Virus record (IMG/VR): IMGVR_UViG_3300036852_000332
Location: 1-52,448 of that record
Source: a virus
Lineage: Duplodnaviria; Caudoviricetes
Reading direction: 5' to 3' (one strand)
DNA: 52,448 nt
The position numbers and the translations under genes are program-made. Shown piece by piece: positions 17,649-27,236 of this stretch (within the stretch, counting starts at the first letter, position 1; each line of letters begins with the position of its first letter). The notes under the pieces are model-generated. The model worked only from the letters and a program-made list of their open reading frames with translations. It did not search any database and had not been told where the DNA came from.

Positions 17649-18131
17649 ATGGCCGCTCCCAACATCACCGCCAGCACCCGCTACGCGCGGTTCGGCGTCA
17701 CCCGCGTCGTGTACGCCCCGGCCTGCGCCAACATCGCCTCGCCGACCCGGGCCGAGATAAATGCGGGTACAGACCTTTCGAACGAAGTGTCTGAAATCAG
17801 TGGATTCCAAGTTACGAGCAACTTTATCGATACGCCTGACTTGGGAACTTCGTTCACCGCCAAGGTTGCGGGGCGGACCTCGGCGGATGACTCATCGATC
17901 ACGATGTACGCTTCGGTCAACTCGGTCGACGTTCGCACTCTTCTCCCAAGGGGCACAACGGGCTTTCTGATGTGGTTCGATGAGGGAGATGTCGCAGGCC
18001 GCCGCTTCGACATATACCCCATTACGGTCGGATCGGTCCCCAAGGACAGAAGTATCGAAGAGGCCAGCCGAATGAGCGTAAATGTCGCTATCACCAGGAC
18101 GCCCGCTGAGAATGTGGTCGTACCGGCCTAA
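17649..18131 (+). CDS. major tail protein
   Basis: PTRAEINAGTDLS and GRTSADDSSIT pattern of actinophage tail tube proteins; synteny. Confidence 0.85.
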   Translation: MAAPNITASTRYARFGVTRVVYAPACANIASPTRAEINAGTDLSNEVSEISGFQVTSNFIDTPDLGTSFTAKVAGRTSADDSSITMYASVNSVDVRTLLPRGTTGFLMWFDEGDVAGRRFDIYPITVGSVPKDRSIEEASRMSVNVAITRTPAENVVVPA

Positions 18132-18162
18132 CGAGACAACCAAGACAGTCGCACGTCCGCGA

Positions 18163-18246
18163 TAGAATGACGCAGTAAGCGGCCCCGGCGGTGGTAAGAC
18201 CCCGGGGCCTGGCCAGCACCTATAGCGAAGGCCGGTGCCGACAATG
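18163..18246 (+). promoter_or_regulatory. HNH-gene leader, copy 2 (-10 TAGAAT plus two hairpins)
   Basis: GGCCCCGG/CCGGGGCC stem, then TGGCCAGCACC...GGTGC. Confidence 0.7.
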
Positions 18247-19029
18247 CCCAAGGGTATCCCTGGATCAGGGTCGCCGTGTTCAGCGCCTGACTGCGACCAG
18301 CTCGTCGGACCGAAGGGCGCGCGCGGGCTCTGTCCCGCGCACTATGGGAGCTGGCGCAGGCACGGCACGCCTCCGGCGAAACCAGCTCGCACCACGCTCT
18401 CCACCTGCACCGTCGTCCTGCCGTCCGGGGAGACATGCCCGCACCCGCATCAGGGCAACGGGTACTGCCGTGTGCACAACTGGCGGTTCAAGCGCTACGG
18501 CGACCCGCGGGCGGACAAGCCCATCCGTGGGTGGCATCCACTTGCGGCCGAGTGCACCGTCCCCGGCTGCCCTGAGACCCCGAAGGCTCTTGACCTCTGC
18601 CCGGCGCACTGGGACCGCTGGTACCGGACGGGCGATCCCGGCCCGGCCGAGATCTTCAAGCCCCGCGAGGGATGCGACGTTTCAGGGTGCCCGGATCCGC
18701 ACGTGGGCCTGGGGTTCTGCAAGTCGCACCTGCGCAAGTTCCACCTGTACGGCGATCCAACTCATGCGGAGCATCCGGGCAGGTGGGCCGGCGATGACGT
18801 CGGCTACGACGGCGTGCACAAGCGACTCCGCGCACTCCATGGGGAAGCTGCCGCGCATCCTTGCCGACGGTGCGACAAGCCAGCCAAGCACTGGGCCTAC
18901 GACCACGCCGACCCGGACGAGCGGCAGGACCCCAGACGCGGGCCGTACAGCATCGATCCGGCCCACTACCTGCCGCTGTGTGTTTCCTGCCACAAGACAT
19001 TTGATCTGAAATGGCGGGCGACCTCGTGA
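18235..19029 (+). CDS. HNH-like endonuclease with four tandem Cys/His Zn-finger repeats
   Basis: Four C....C...(L/Y/F)C..H units, then Y...H..L, CRRC, WAYDH and LCVSCH..FD. Confidence 0.8.
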   Translation: MPTMPKGIPGSGSPCSAPDCDQLVGPKGARGLCPAHYGSWRRHGTPPAKPARTTLSTCTVVLPSGETCPHPHQGNGYCRVHNWRFKRYGDPRADKPIRGWHPLAAECTVPGCPETPKALDLCPAHWDRWYRTGDPGPAEIFKPREGCDVSGCPDPHVGLGFCKSHLRKFHLYGDPTHAEHPGRWAGDDVGYDGVHKRLRALHGEAAAHPCRRCDKPAKHWAYDHADPDERQDPRRGPYSIDPAHYLPLCVSCHKTFDLKWRATS

Positions 19030-19502
19030 GGATCGACTGGACCGATGGCCGGTTCGTCGACCCGGCCCAGCTCGACGCGTTCCATGCGCAGACGCTGCCG
19101 GTCGACCCGCCGTGCGGCAGCCACGACGGCAAGGTTGTTGCGGTCGGCTGGCGGGTGGCGTGGATCGATGAGGACCTTGCCGAGCTGGTCTGGCGCGCGT
19201 GGCGTCTCGGTGTCGTGACCGAGGAGAGCTGCCAGGACGCCCTCGACGATGGCACGCAAGCGCTGCTGGGCTTCGGCGATCCCGACCAGCTTCGGCAGTT
19301 CCTTGAGCTGGCTGTTCCGTTGTCCGACGTGCCCGGTGGCCTGTTCGACCGGGCGACGGGCTGCAACCTTGACCCGGACGCTGACGGGATGTGGGAGTAC
19401 TCGCTGTTCCCGCACCTTGGCGGCCGTGGCTGCGAGCTGTCAGTGTCAGTGCTGTTCCCGCGTTCGGACATCGCGGCGCTGGTCGCGAGTCTCCGCCGCT
19501 GA
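19011..19502 (+). CDS. hypothetical protein
   Basis: Fills the gap after the HNH gene; ID..LA.LV...W..G..T..SCQ pattern. Confidence 0.65.
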   Translation: MAGDLVRIDWTDGRFVDPAQLDAFHAQTLPVDPPCGSHDGKVVAVGWRVAWIDEDLAELVWRAWRLGVVTEESCQDALDDGTQALLGFGDPDQLRQFLELAVPLSDVPGGLFDRATGCNLDPDADGMWEYSLFPHLGGRGCELSVSVLFPRSDIAALVASLRR

Positions 19503-19579
19503 CCTGAGTCGCGTGGGCGCGGGAGGTCGTGGCCCGCTACGAACCGGTCGAAGGCAAGCTGTAGCCGGGGAGGACCCGC

Positions 19580-20008
19580 ATGGCGATCGTCCGGGTGAAC
19601 CGCAACCTCGAGGCGGAGATGACCCACAGCCTGTCCAACCGCGGGCCGATGGAACGGGCCCTCGGCGGTGCGGCGTCCGACATCGCCCGGACGGCGCGGG
19701 GGATCGCGCGGCGGGAGTTCTACCGCCGCGGCGGCTATGCCCGGGGGATCCACGCCGAGACGGGCCTTGACGAGCGGGGTGAGCTGGTCGGCCGGGTCGT
19801 GGCGACCGATTGGAAGTCACATTGGGCGGAACGGGGGTTCACGGCCAACGGACGGCGGGTTCCCGGCAAGCACATCCTGGCCCGCGCGGCGGCGCAGGAG
19901 GGCTATCTTGCCCTGGCCGGGGTGGCCGCCGGCAGCTTCGGCGGCCGTGGACCGGCCAGGCGGGCGATCGGTGGGCGTCGACGCCGCGCGATCGGTGCGA
20001 GGAGATGA
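19580..20008 (+). CDS. HK97 gp10-like neck/tail completion protein
   Basis: Basic protein; H.AERG....PG.HILARA motif; GGAGG RBS. Confidence 0.65.
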   Translation: MAIVRVNRNLEAEMTHSLSNRGPMERALGGAASDIARTARGIARREFYRRGGYARGIHAETGLDERGELVGRVVATDWKSHWAERGFTANGRRVPGKHILARAAAQEGYLALAGVAAGSFGGRGPARRAIGGRRRRAIGARR

Positions 20009-20011
20009 CCT

Positions 20012-20455
20012 GTGACCGCTGACCCCACCCCGATCCACCCTGAGCCCGAACCCGAGCCGGCCGAGGAAGAATCGTTCGACCTCGACCTGGACGCCTACCG
20101 TGCCGCCCACGCCGAACAGGCCGGGACGCCGCGGCGGGTCCGGTTCGGCGGGCAGGCGTACGAGTTCCCGCCGGAGTGGCCGGTGGAGATGGGCGACCTG
20201 CTCACCGAGGGCCGCTTCGGCGCGGCGGTGCGGCTGCTGCTCGGCGCCGAGCAGGGCAACCGGTTCATGGCGACGAGGCCGCCGATGACGCTTGGGGAGT
20301 TCACCGAGCTGACCGACCGGCTCTACGGGATGGAGCCGGGGGAATCGCCGGCCTCGCCCGCCTCCTCCAAGGCTGGTTCACCGCGGTCGAGGCCGACTTC
20401 CAACGGTTCTACCAGATCGACCTCCGGCAGGCGTGCTGGGGCGAGGAAGCGGTAG
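20012..20455 (+). CDS. tail assembly chaperone (G)
   Basis: Upstream of the tape measure; slippery G GGG GAA at 20338-20344. Confidence 0.85.
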   Translation: MTADPTPIHPEPEPEPAEEESFDLDLDAYRAAHAEQAGTPRRVRFGGQAYEFPPEWPVEMGDLLTEGRFGAAVRLLLGAEQGNRFMATRPPMTLGEFTELTDRLYGMEPGESPASPASSKAGSPRSRPTSNGSTRSTSGRRAGARKR

Positions 20456-20541
20456 GCGGCCGGCGGCTGGCCGCGCTGGTCCGCGGGCTGCCGCCCGACG
20501 CGGCGTTGCACCGCGCCCGCGCGGCTAGGAACGGTCCCTGA
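20338..20541 (+). other. -1 programmed frameshift extension of the tail chaperone (GT)
   Basis: -1 frame reads GGIAGLARLL...VEADFQRFYQIDL...LVRGLPPDAAL, typical of actinophage T segments. Confidence 0.85.
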
Positions 20542-20680
20542 GCTGCGCGGCCCGGTCTTGGTAGGACTTGGCGAGGCTGCGGTTGGAGCGGATCAGGGAC
20601 AGCTGCGACCAGACCTGGACGCCGACCCAGCCGAGCCCGACGACGACGGCGAGGACAGCGACGGCGATGACGACCCACAT
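20525..20680 (-). CDS. small antisense single-TM membrane protein (51 aa)
   Basis: GGAAGGA RBS before MWVVIAVAVLAVVVGLGWVGV; TACGCT -10 upstream. Confidence 0.65.
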   Translation of the reverse strand: MWVVIAVAVLAVVVGLGWVGVQVWSQLSLIRSNRSLAKSYQDRAAQLRDRS

Positions 20681-20738
20681 GGGCCGGTCCTTCCATTTCG
20701 GGGTTCTTGCACCCTGAGCGTACGCCGAGGGGAGCGTC

Positions 20739-23700
20739 GTGGCACTCAACGCCGGTGACGCCTACCTCTCCGTGCATCCGCAGCTCGCCGCCGACGCCGG
20801 CCGGCAGCTCGCCCGGCAGGTCCAAAACCCGGCGGCACGGGCCGGCCAGGAAGCGTCCCACCACTTCGGCCGCTCCTTCGCCAAGGGCATCGGCACCGCC
20901 GGCAAGGCCATCGGGATCGGGATCGCCGCGGGGTTGGGCCTGGCCGTCGCCGCCGCGGTCAAGCTGGTCCCGGTTCTGCGCCAGTCGGTGCAGGGCTGGC
21001 GTGACCACCTCAAGGTCGTCGCGCAGACCACCCAGACCTTGAAGACGATGGGCGGCGCCGCCCACGTCACCGTCGGTCACGTCGCCGCCCTCGCCGACGC
21101 GCTGGAACGCAAGACCGCCATCGACAACGACGTCATCCAGTCCGGCGCGAACCTGCTGCTGACGTTCGCCAACATCCGCAACGAGGTCGGCAAGGGCAAC
21201 GACGTCTTCGACCGGGCGACCAAGGCCGCGGTCGACATGTCGGTGGTGTTCAAGCAAGACATGAAGTCCAGCTCGATCCAGCTCGGCAAGGCCCTCGACA
21301 ACCCGATCAAGGGGCTCACGGCGCTGTCCCGGATCGGCGTGAGCTTCAGCGCCGCCGAGGCCAAGCAGATCAAGAGCCTGGTCGCCCACAACAAGACCCT
21401 GGAAGCGCAGAAGATCATCCTGGCCGCGGTCGAGCGGCAGACCACCGGGTCGGCGGCGGCGTCGGTCACCGCGTCGGACCGCATGGCGATGGGCTGGCGG
21501 AACCTCAAGGACACCATCGGCAAGCTCCTGCTCCCCGTCGTCGACCGGTTCGAGAACCTGCTGGGCGCCCAGCTCCTCCCCGACCTCCAAGCCCTGGCTG
21601 TCAAGCACGGCCCCGCCGTCCAGCGGGTCCTGATCGGCGTCGCCAAGCAGCTCAAGGTCGCCTTGCAGACCTTCGAGGTCCTCGGCGCCAGCGCCGGGGT
21701 CAAGGCGTTGTTCCCGCCGTCGTTCGCCGCCAACGTCGACCAAGTCCTCGCCGGCCTCGCAAAGGTCGGGCCGAGGATCAAGCAGCTGTGGCAGGAGGCG
21801 ACCAGGACCGGCCCGGCGCTGTCGGCCGCCGGCGGCGGCAGCCACGTCTTCGCCAACTCCTTGGCGATCATCGGCCCGGTCCTGGACGTCGTCGCCCGCA
21901 ACGTCCACAACGTCCTGCCGTGGCTGCCGGCCCTGGTCGCCGGGTTCCTGGCGTTCCGGGCGGTCCGCACCGTCATCGGCCCGCTGGGCGACCTCGGGAC
22001 CGCGATCCGGAACTTCGCGACCCCGGCGCTGGTCGTGGCGACGTTCGCGCAGGCGCGGGCGCAGCGGGCCCTCGCCGCGGCGATGCTGGAGACGGCCGGT
22101 GCGGCGGTGGCGTCGTCCGCCGCGCAGGCCGAGGCGAACGTCGTCGGCCAGGCGGGGCTGCTGCTCGCGGTCCGCCAGCGCGCCGCGCTGCTCGCGACCG
22201 CTGCCGCGCAGCGGGTCACCGCCCTCGCGGCGGCGACGAGCCTGGCCCAGTTCGGCCTGTTCGGCGCCGCGCTCGCCGTCGTCGCCGGCCTCGCGCTCAA
22301 GATGAACTCCGAGCTGCACAAGGCCGCCGCCGCCAGCGAGCAGACCGGCCGGGCGATGACGATCGGCGGGAAGGGCGGCCAGTTCTTCGCCGACCGGCTG
22401 GGCCAGCTCGACACAGCGCAGCAGGCCGCCGCGCGGGCGACCCGGGATGCCGCCGCGGCGTCGGCGTTGCACGCCGGGAAGCTGCGGGACGAGCAGACCG
22501 CGGTCGACGCGCTGCGCGACGCCCTGGCCGGTGAGGAAGGCGCCGAGCTGGACGTCCGGCAGGCCAAGATCAACGTCTCGACGGCGCAGCAGCGCCTGAC
22601 CGAGCTGGTCAAGGGTGGCCGCAAGGGCAGCCTGGACTACAAGCAGGCCCAGATCGACCTGAAGCGCGCCCAGATCGAACTGCGGGAACGGACCGCGGCG
22701 TACCGGGAGGCGCAGCTCAAGGCGAACGCGGCGATGACCGGGGCGATGCTGGCCACCCAGCGCGCCACCCCGCCGACCAACAGCCTGACCGAGGCCGCGC
22801 GCCGCTCCGGCGCGCGGCTGGGCATCATGGGCGACCGCGCCCGGGACGCCGGCACCAAGACCGGCGAGTTCGGCCGTGCCGTCGCCGGCTTGAAGGGCAA
22901 GGGCATCGCGATCAAGGCGACCGCGAGCCTGACCGGGTTCGGCGCGCTCGGCGGCCCGGTGCTGGTCGCCGCCGCCCACGGCCGCGCCGGCGGCGGCCCC
23001 ATCGTCGACGGCGTTCGGTCGCGGGACTCGACGCTGGTGATGGTCCGCAAGGACGAGCACGTCTGGACGCCCGAAGAGGTCGATGCGGTCGGCGGCCACG
23101 GCGCGATGTACCGCATGCGCGCCGACGCCCTCGCCGGCGGGTTCCGCGGCTACGCTGCCGGCGGTGCCGTCGACCCGACATTCTCCGCCACCGGGCTGGA
23201 GGCGGCGACCCGGGGCGTCCGCGCGATCCCCGGGGTGGTCGAGCGGATCGTGACCCGCGCGTCGCTGGCGATCGTCCGCAAGGCCGTCAAGGCGCTCGAG
23301 GCCGGCTTCGGCGGCGTCGGCGGCAAGGCGGGGATCAAGGCGTTCATCCTGGCGACCGACCGGTTGCCGTACCGGTGGGGCGCCGCCGGCCCCGGCGCGT
23401 ATGACTGCTCCGGCCTGGTCGGCGCGGTGTACGGCAAGATGCGCGGCGACCCGGCCGCCGGCCGTGGCCGCCGCTACTTCACCACCGCCTCGATCTCGAC
23501 CGGCGTGCCGGGGATCCGCTCCGGGTTCGGCGGCCTGCTCAACATCGGCGTCACGTCCGGCAGCGGGCACATGGCCGGGAACTACGGCGGCCTCGGTTTC
23601 GAGGCACGATCGACCAGAACGGGGATCTTCACCGGCCGTGCGGCCCGGTCGCCGGCGTCGTTCGCCCGCCACTTCCACATGGCCCGCGGCGGCGCGGTCG

Positions 23701-24023
23701 AGTGGGCCGAGCTGCTCGCCCGGCTCCCAGGCTTGGACGTCGCTGGTGACGCCGGCGCGCTGAACGTCGTCCAGGGCCGGTTCCGCGGCTACGACGCTGG
23801 CGGGTGGCTGCCGCCTGGGCTGTCGCTGGCCTACAACGGCACCGGCCGGCCGGAGCCGGTCGGGCCGGCCGCCCGGACGATCAACGTGACGGTGCCGCTG
23901 ACGGTCTACGGGGAGATCACCCCGGCGCAGCGGGCGCAGATGCACGCGATCGCCGAGGAGATGGGGGAGACCGTGGCGGCGGAGCTGTCCGACGCGCTCG
24001 CCCGCCGCGGCTCAGGCGTCTAG
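20739..24023 (+). CDS. tape measure protein with NlpC/P60-like peptidase motif
   Basis: 1094 aa, Ala-rich and helical; QLGKALDNP.KG motif; PYRWGAAGPGAYDCSGLV. Confidence 0.93.
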   Translation: MALNAGDAYLSVHPQLAADAGRQLARQVQNPAARAGQEASHHFGRSFAKGIGTAGKAIGIGIAAGLGLAVAAAVKLVPVLRQSVQGWRDHLKVVAQTTQTLKTMGGAAHVTVGHVAALADALERKTAIDNDVIQSGANLLLTFANIRNEVGKGNDVFDRATKAAVDMSVVFKQDMKSSSIQLGKALDNPIKGLTALSRIGVSFSAAEAKQIKSLVAHNKTLEAQKIILAAVERQTTGSAAASVTASDRMAMGWRNLKDTIGKLLLPVVDRFENLLGAQLLPDLQALAVKHGPAVQRVLIGVAKQLKVALQTFEVLGASAGVKALFPPSFAANVDQVLAGLAKVGPRIKQLWQEATRTGPALSAAGGGSHVFANSLAIIGPVLDVVARNVHNVLPWLPALVAGFLAFRAVRTVIGPLGDLGTAIRNFATPALVVATFAQARAQRALAAAMLETAGAAVASSAAQAEANVVGQAGLLLAVRQRAALLATAAAQRVTALAAATSLAQFGLFGAALAVVAGLALKMNSELHKAAAASEQTGRAMTIGGKGGQFFADRLGQLDTAQQAAARATRDAAAASALHAGKLRDEQTAVDALRDALAGEEGAELDVRQAKINVSTAQQRLTELVKGGRKGSLDYKQAQIDLKRAQIELRERTAAYREAQLKANAAMTGAMLATQRATPPTNSLTEAARRSGARLGIMGDRARDAGTKTGEFGRAVAGLKGKGIAIKATASLTGFGALGGPVLVAAAHGRAGGGPIVDGVRSRDSTLVMVRKDEHVWTPEEVDAVGGHGAMYRMRADALAGGFRGYAAGGAVDPTFSATGLEAATRGVRAIPGVVERIVTRASLAIVRKAVKALEAGFGGVGGKAGIKAFILATDRLPYRWGAAGPGAYDCSGLVGAVYGKMRGDPAAGRGRRYFTTASISTGVPGIRSGFGGLLNIGVTSGSGHMAGNYGGLGFEARSTRTGIFTGRAARSPASFARHFHMARGGAVEWAELLARLPGLDVAGDAGALNVVQGRFRGYDAGGWLPPGLSLAYNGTGRPEPVGPAARTINVTVPLTVYGEITPAQRAQMHAIAEEMGETVAAELSDALARRGSGV

Positions 24024-24164
24024 TTCCCACAGTTCGGCCCATTTCCGGAGCGACTCAGCGATTAGCTCGGCTTCGAGGCGTTCGAAATCCCAGGGCGTAT
24101 CGGTCTTGACTGATGCCCATGTGATCTGCTGCCGGGGATAGCCGGTGCCGCTGATCTCGTCCAT
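24012..24164 (-). CDS. small antisense hypothetical protein (50 aa), probably leaderless
   Basis: MDEISGTGYPRQQITW...WELDA*; TACACT 7 nt before ATG; fills the gap. Confidence 0.5.
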   Translation of the reverse strand: MDEISGTGYPRQQITWASVKTDTPWDFERLEAELIAESLRKWAELWELDA

Positions 24165-24181
24165 GCAAGGGAGTGTAGCCG

Positions 24182-26794
24182 GTGGGTGACGGGGCAGGCG
24201 GCGCCGGGTACGTCACCCTGCTCCCCACCAGCGACGTGTCGGGTGCGCGGAACATCACCGGCACGACGCCCCTGGCCGCGCAGATCAACGACAACAGTGA
24301 TGCGACGTTCGTGCGGATGGGCACCGCCGGGCAGGGCTACCCCAACATTTGGTTCGCCACGGTGATGGGCGACCTCGCGGTCGCCGTCGACGGCATCTCC
24401 AAGAAGATCAACCGGTTGCGGTGCCGCGCGAGGATCGGCCGGCAGTCCGCCGACGCCGGGCACTGGCAGAAGGCGTCGCTGACGGTCCGGACGACGACGC
24501 CGAGCATCTCGCCGTCGGGGCCCAGGGACGTCTGCCAGACCGCCTCGGTGGGGCCGCTGGCGTTCACGGGGGCGTGGCGCCCGGCCGACCCGTTCGGCCA
24601 CCCCTGGACCCAGGCCACGGTCAATGGCGTCCAGATGGAGTCCTACGGCTACGTCAACCAGGTCGGCAGCTCGGCGTTGACGGCGTTCCTCGTCTTTTAT
24701 GAATGGTATTTGGACGTCGACATCCGTGAGCGGCCGACGATCACCGGGACGCCGACGATCACGGGGGCGTCGACGACCCGGCCGCAGGTCGACTTCGTCT
24801 ACGCGCCCAATCCTGACGGCGACCCGATGGCCCGCGGCCAGGTCAAGGTCTTCACCGCGGCCCAGTACGGCGCCGCGGGGTTCTCGGCGGACACGAGCGC
24901 GAGCTACTGGGACTCCGGGGAGCTGCCGACCGCCAGCACGAGCTTCAAGGTGGGGCGGGACCTCGCCAACGGCGTCACCTACAAAGCCTATTGCCGGGCG
25001 GCGCAGCTGATCAACGGCGCGGTGTGGTGGACGACGTGGGCGGCGAGCTCGGCGTTCACGGTGTCGCTGGGCCCGCCGGCCGACCCGACCCTCACCGTCA
25101 CCGCCGACGACGCCAACCAGCGGGCCGTGCTCACCGTCGCGGCGAACCAGAACATGCTGTCCGCCGACGACTCGGACTTCGAGGCGACGGCGGGGACGTG
25201 GACGGTCACGACCAACTGCGCCGCGGTCCGCTCCACCACCTTCGCGGTGACCGGCGGGATCGCCAGCTTGCGGCTGACCGCGTCGACGGCGGCGAATATG
25301 GCCGTGCAGATGGCCGGGGATACCACGCCGCTGGTCGCGGGGCGGACCTACACGATCTACTCGCAGTGGCGGGCCGGCACGACGGGGCGGGTGTGCCGCG
25401 TCGAGCTCGACTGGAAGAACGCCGCCGGCGGCGTCATCTCGACCCTGGCCGGCAACAACGTCACCGACACATCGGCGAACTTCGGCAGCGTGTCGACCAC
25501 CTCGGGGGTCGCGCCGGCGGGGACCAGGAGCGGGGTGCTGCGCCTGGAGGTCGACGCGCCCGCCTCGGGCGAGCAGCACTACGCCGACCACATCGGGTTG
25601 TGGCCCGGCTCGAGCGGCGCGTGGACGTCCGGGGGGCAGCAGGCCGTCTCGACGGTGCTGCTGGAGACCCTCGACGCCGCCGCGTCCAGCCTGAACCTCC
25701 TGCAGAATCAGGTGGCGACGTGCGGTGCGGTGGAACGGTCGACGGCGGGGTTCTACGGCCGCGCCGCAAGCGACGGGGTCGTGTTCGACGACGCGGTCGG
25801 GGACGGCACCGGGGAGGGCTCGATCCGCTGGACCAGCGGCATCAGCTTCTCGAACCTGGACGTGGGGATCAACCAGAACGCCCTGGCCCTGTTCGATCCG
25901 TCCTACGCCTTCGGAGTCGTCCCCGGCAAGAGCTACACGTTCACGCTGTCGCTGAAGGCGTCGGCGTCGTTCTCTTCGAAGCTGTTCCTGATGTGGCACG
26001 GCCCGACCGGGACGGCGCTGTCGAGCTCGTCGACGACCATGACGATCACCACCGGGTTCGTCCGCTACACCGTGACCGCGACCGCGCCGGCCGGGGCGAT
26101 GTGGGCCGGCGGGTCGGTGGAGAACACCGCCAGCGTCAGCGGGGTGCAGGTATGGGCGTCGCGGGCGATGCTCCGCGAAGGCGGCACCAGCACGGACACG
26201 TGGGTGCCGGGGCAGCTCGCCGAGGCGCAGTGGCGGACCTACCCCGGCTGGGCCGACAAGACCCTCGGCGGCGACGAGGCCCAGGAAGAGACCGTCTACG
26301 ACTACACCCTGCCCAGGGGCCGGCCCAGGCAGTACCGCGTCCGGGTGATCAACTCGGTCACGGGGACGGCGGTCGCGTCGACCAGCTACGCCTACGGCGC
26401 CGCCGAGGTCTCCAACGCCGGCGGCTGGTACCTCGTCGACCCGTACCACCCGTGGCTGTCGCTGCGGGTCCTCACGCCCGATTTGACCCTGGACACGAGC
26501 GAGAACGCGACTGTGTACCAGCTGCAGGGGCGGGACCGGGCGGTCGTGCTGGCCGACAGTGTGTTCGGCGACGACGGCACCGTCACCTTCACCAGCCTGA
26601 CGCGGGACGAGGGGCTCAGGTTGCTGGCATTGAGCCGTGAGCAGCACGCCCTGCTGCTGCGCTCCCCGTTCGCCGATGAGCAGTGGTGGATCCGCTTTGT
26701 TGACCGGGCGCGGGAGTTCGAGGGCGGCACCGACGCGTCGGTGCCGGTCAGGCAGTGGCGGGTCCGCTACTACGAGGTCGAGCAGCCGGCATGA
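24182..26794 (+). CDS. minor tail protein with FN3/carbohydrate-binding-like domains
   Basis: Follows the tape measure; N.L..DSDFE...W and V.PGK.YTF (CBM4-like) segments; Dit-like C-terminus. Confidence 0.75.
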   Translation: MGDGAGGAGYVTLLPTSDVSGARNITGTTPLAAQINDNSDATFVRMGTAGQGYPNIWFATVMGDLAVAVDGISKKINRLRCRARIGRQSADAGHWQKASLTVRTTTPSISPSGPRDVCQTASVGPLAFTGAWRPADPFGHPWTQATVNGVQMESYGYVNQVGSSALTAFLVFYEWYLDVDIRERPTITGTPTITGASTTRPQVDFVYAPNPDGDPMARGQVKVFTAAQYGAAGFSADTSASYWDSGELPTASTSFKVGRDLANGVTYKAYCRAAQLINGAVWWTTWAASSAFTVSLGPPADPTLTVTADDANQRAVLTVAANQNMLSADDSDFEATAGTWTVTTNCAAVRSTTFAVTGGIASLRLTASTAANMAVQMAGDTTPLVAGRTYTIYSQWRAGTTGRVCRVELDWKNAAGGVISTLAGNNVTDTSANFGSVSTTSGVAPAGTRSGVLRLEVDAPASGEQHYADHIGLWPGSSGAWTSGGQQAVSTVLLETLDAAASSLNLLQNQVATCGAVERSTAGFYGRAASDGVVFDDAVGDGTGEGSIRWTSGISFSNLDVGINQNALALFDPSYAFGVVPGKSYTFTLSLKASASFSSKLFLMWHGPTGTALSSSSTTMTITTGFVRYTVTATAPAGAMWAGGSVENTASVSGVQVWASRAMLREGGTSTDTWVPGQLAEAQWRTYPGWADKTLGGDEAQEETVYDYTLPRGRPRQYRVRVINSVTGTAVASTSYAYGAAEVSNAGGWYLVDPYHPWLSLRVLTPDLTLDTSENATVYQLQGRDRAVVLADSVFGDDGTVTFTSLTRDEGLRLLALSREQHALLLRSPFADEQWWIRFVDRAREFEGGTDASVPVRQWRVRYYEVEQPA

Positions 26795-26870
26795 GGCGGC
26801 GGACAGGCCAGAGAATCACGAGGTCCCATGCTTAGCCGGACATCCATCCGGGACCTGCCCGCCGACCAGA

Positions 26871-27236
26871 TTCTAGATTCTAGTGAGGTTCGAGGGCACG
26901 AGTTGCCTGTTGGATGCTGGTGGGACCTAGCCAGGGGCGCATGGCCTCGAAGATCCGTTCGACCTCAGAACGCCGCTGAACGTAGTAGACCCAACGCTGC
27001 CGCATCGACAGCGGGCTCGCTTTGACCGGCACGATCTTCCCCGCGCCCCATATGGCTTGGAACCGTTCTAGAGGCTCCCGCTCGCTTTGACCCACGGCAA
27101 GGCGGGTTGCTCGGCTGCTCGGCGTCCAATAGATGCCGCCTTCGCCCTCGAAGAACCCGGCGGCCCATGCGATCTGGGTGTCGTCTGGCATGGCGCTAGT
27201 CTAGCTGATCTAGAATCTAGTACCTAGAATCTAGAA
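26871..27236. mobile_element. LAGLIDADG cassette bounded by 13-bp inverted repeats
   Basis: TTCTAGATTCTAG (26871-26883) and CTAGAATCTAGAA (27224-27236) are reverse complements. Confidence 0.55.
26880..27191 (-). CDS. single-motif LAGLIDADG homing endonuclease-like protein
   Basis: IAWAAGFFEGEGGI motif; L.V.Q.E...LE.F....G.G.I pattern. Confidence 0.85.
   Translation of the reverse strand: MPDDTQIAWAAGFFEGEGGIYWTPSSRATRLAVGQSEREPLERFQAIWGAGKIVPVKASPLSMRQRWVYYVQRRSEVERIFEAMRPWLGPTSIQQATRALEPH

Noticed and set aside
20409-23945. Very long minus-strand ORFs (1178 aa here; also 3235-5799, 13218-15509, 24062-26647)
   Set aside because: Shadow frames of high-GC3 plus-strand genes, with no motifs
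24070-24095. GTTCGAAATCCC resembling a tRNA T-arm or attP core
   Set aside because: No cloverleaf or acceptor stem; better explained by the 50-aa antisense ORF
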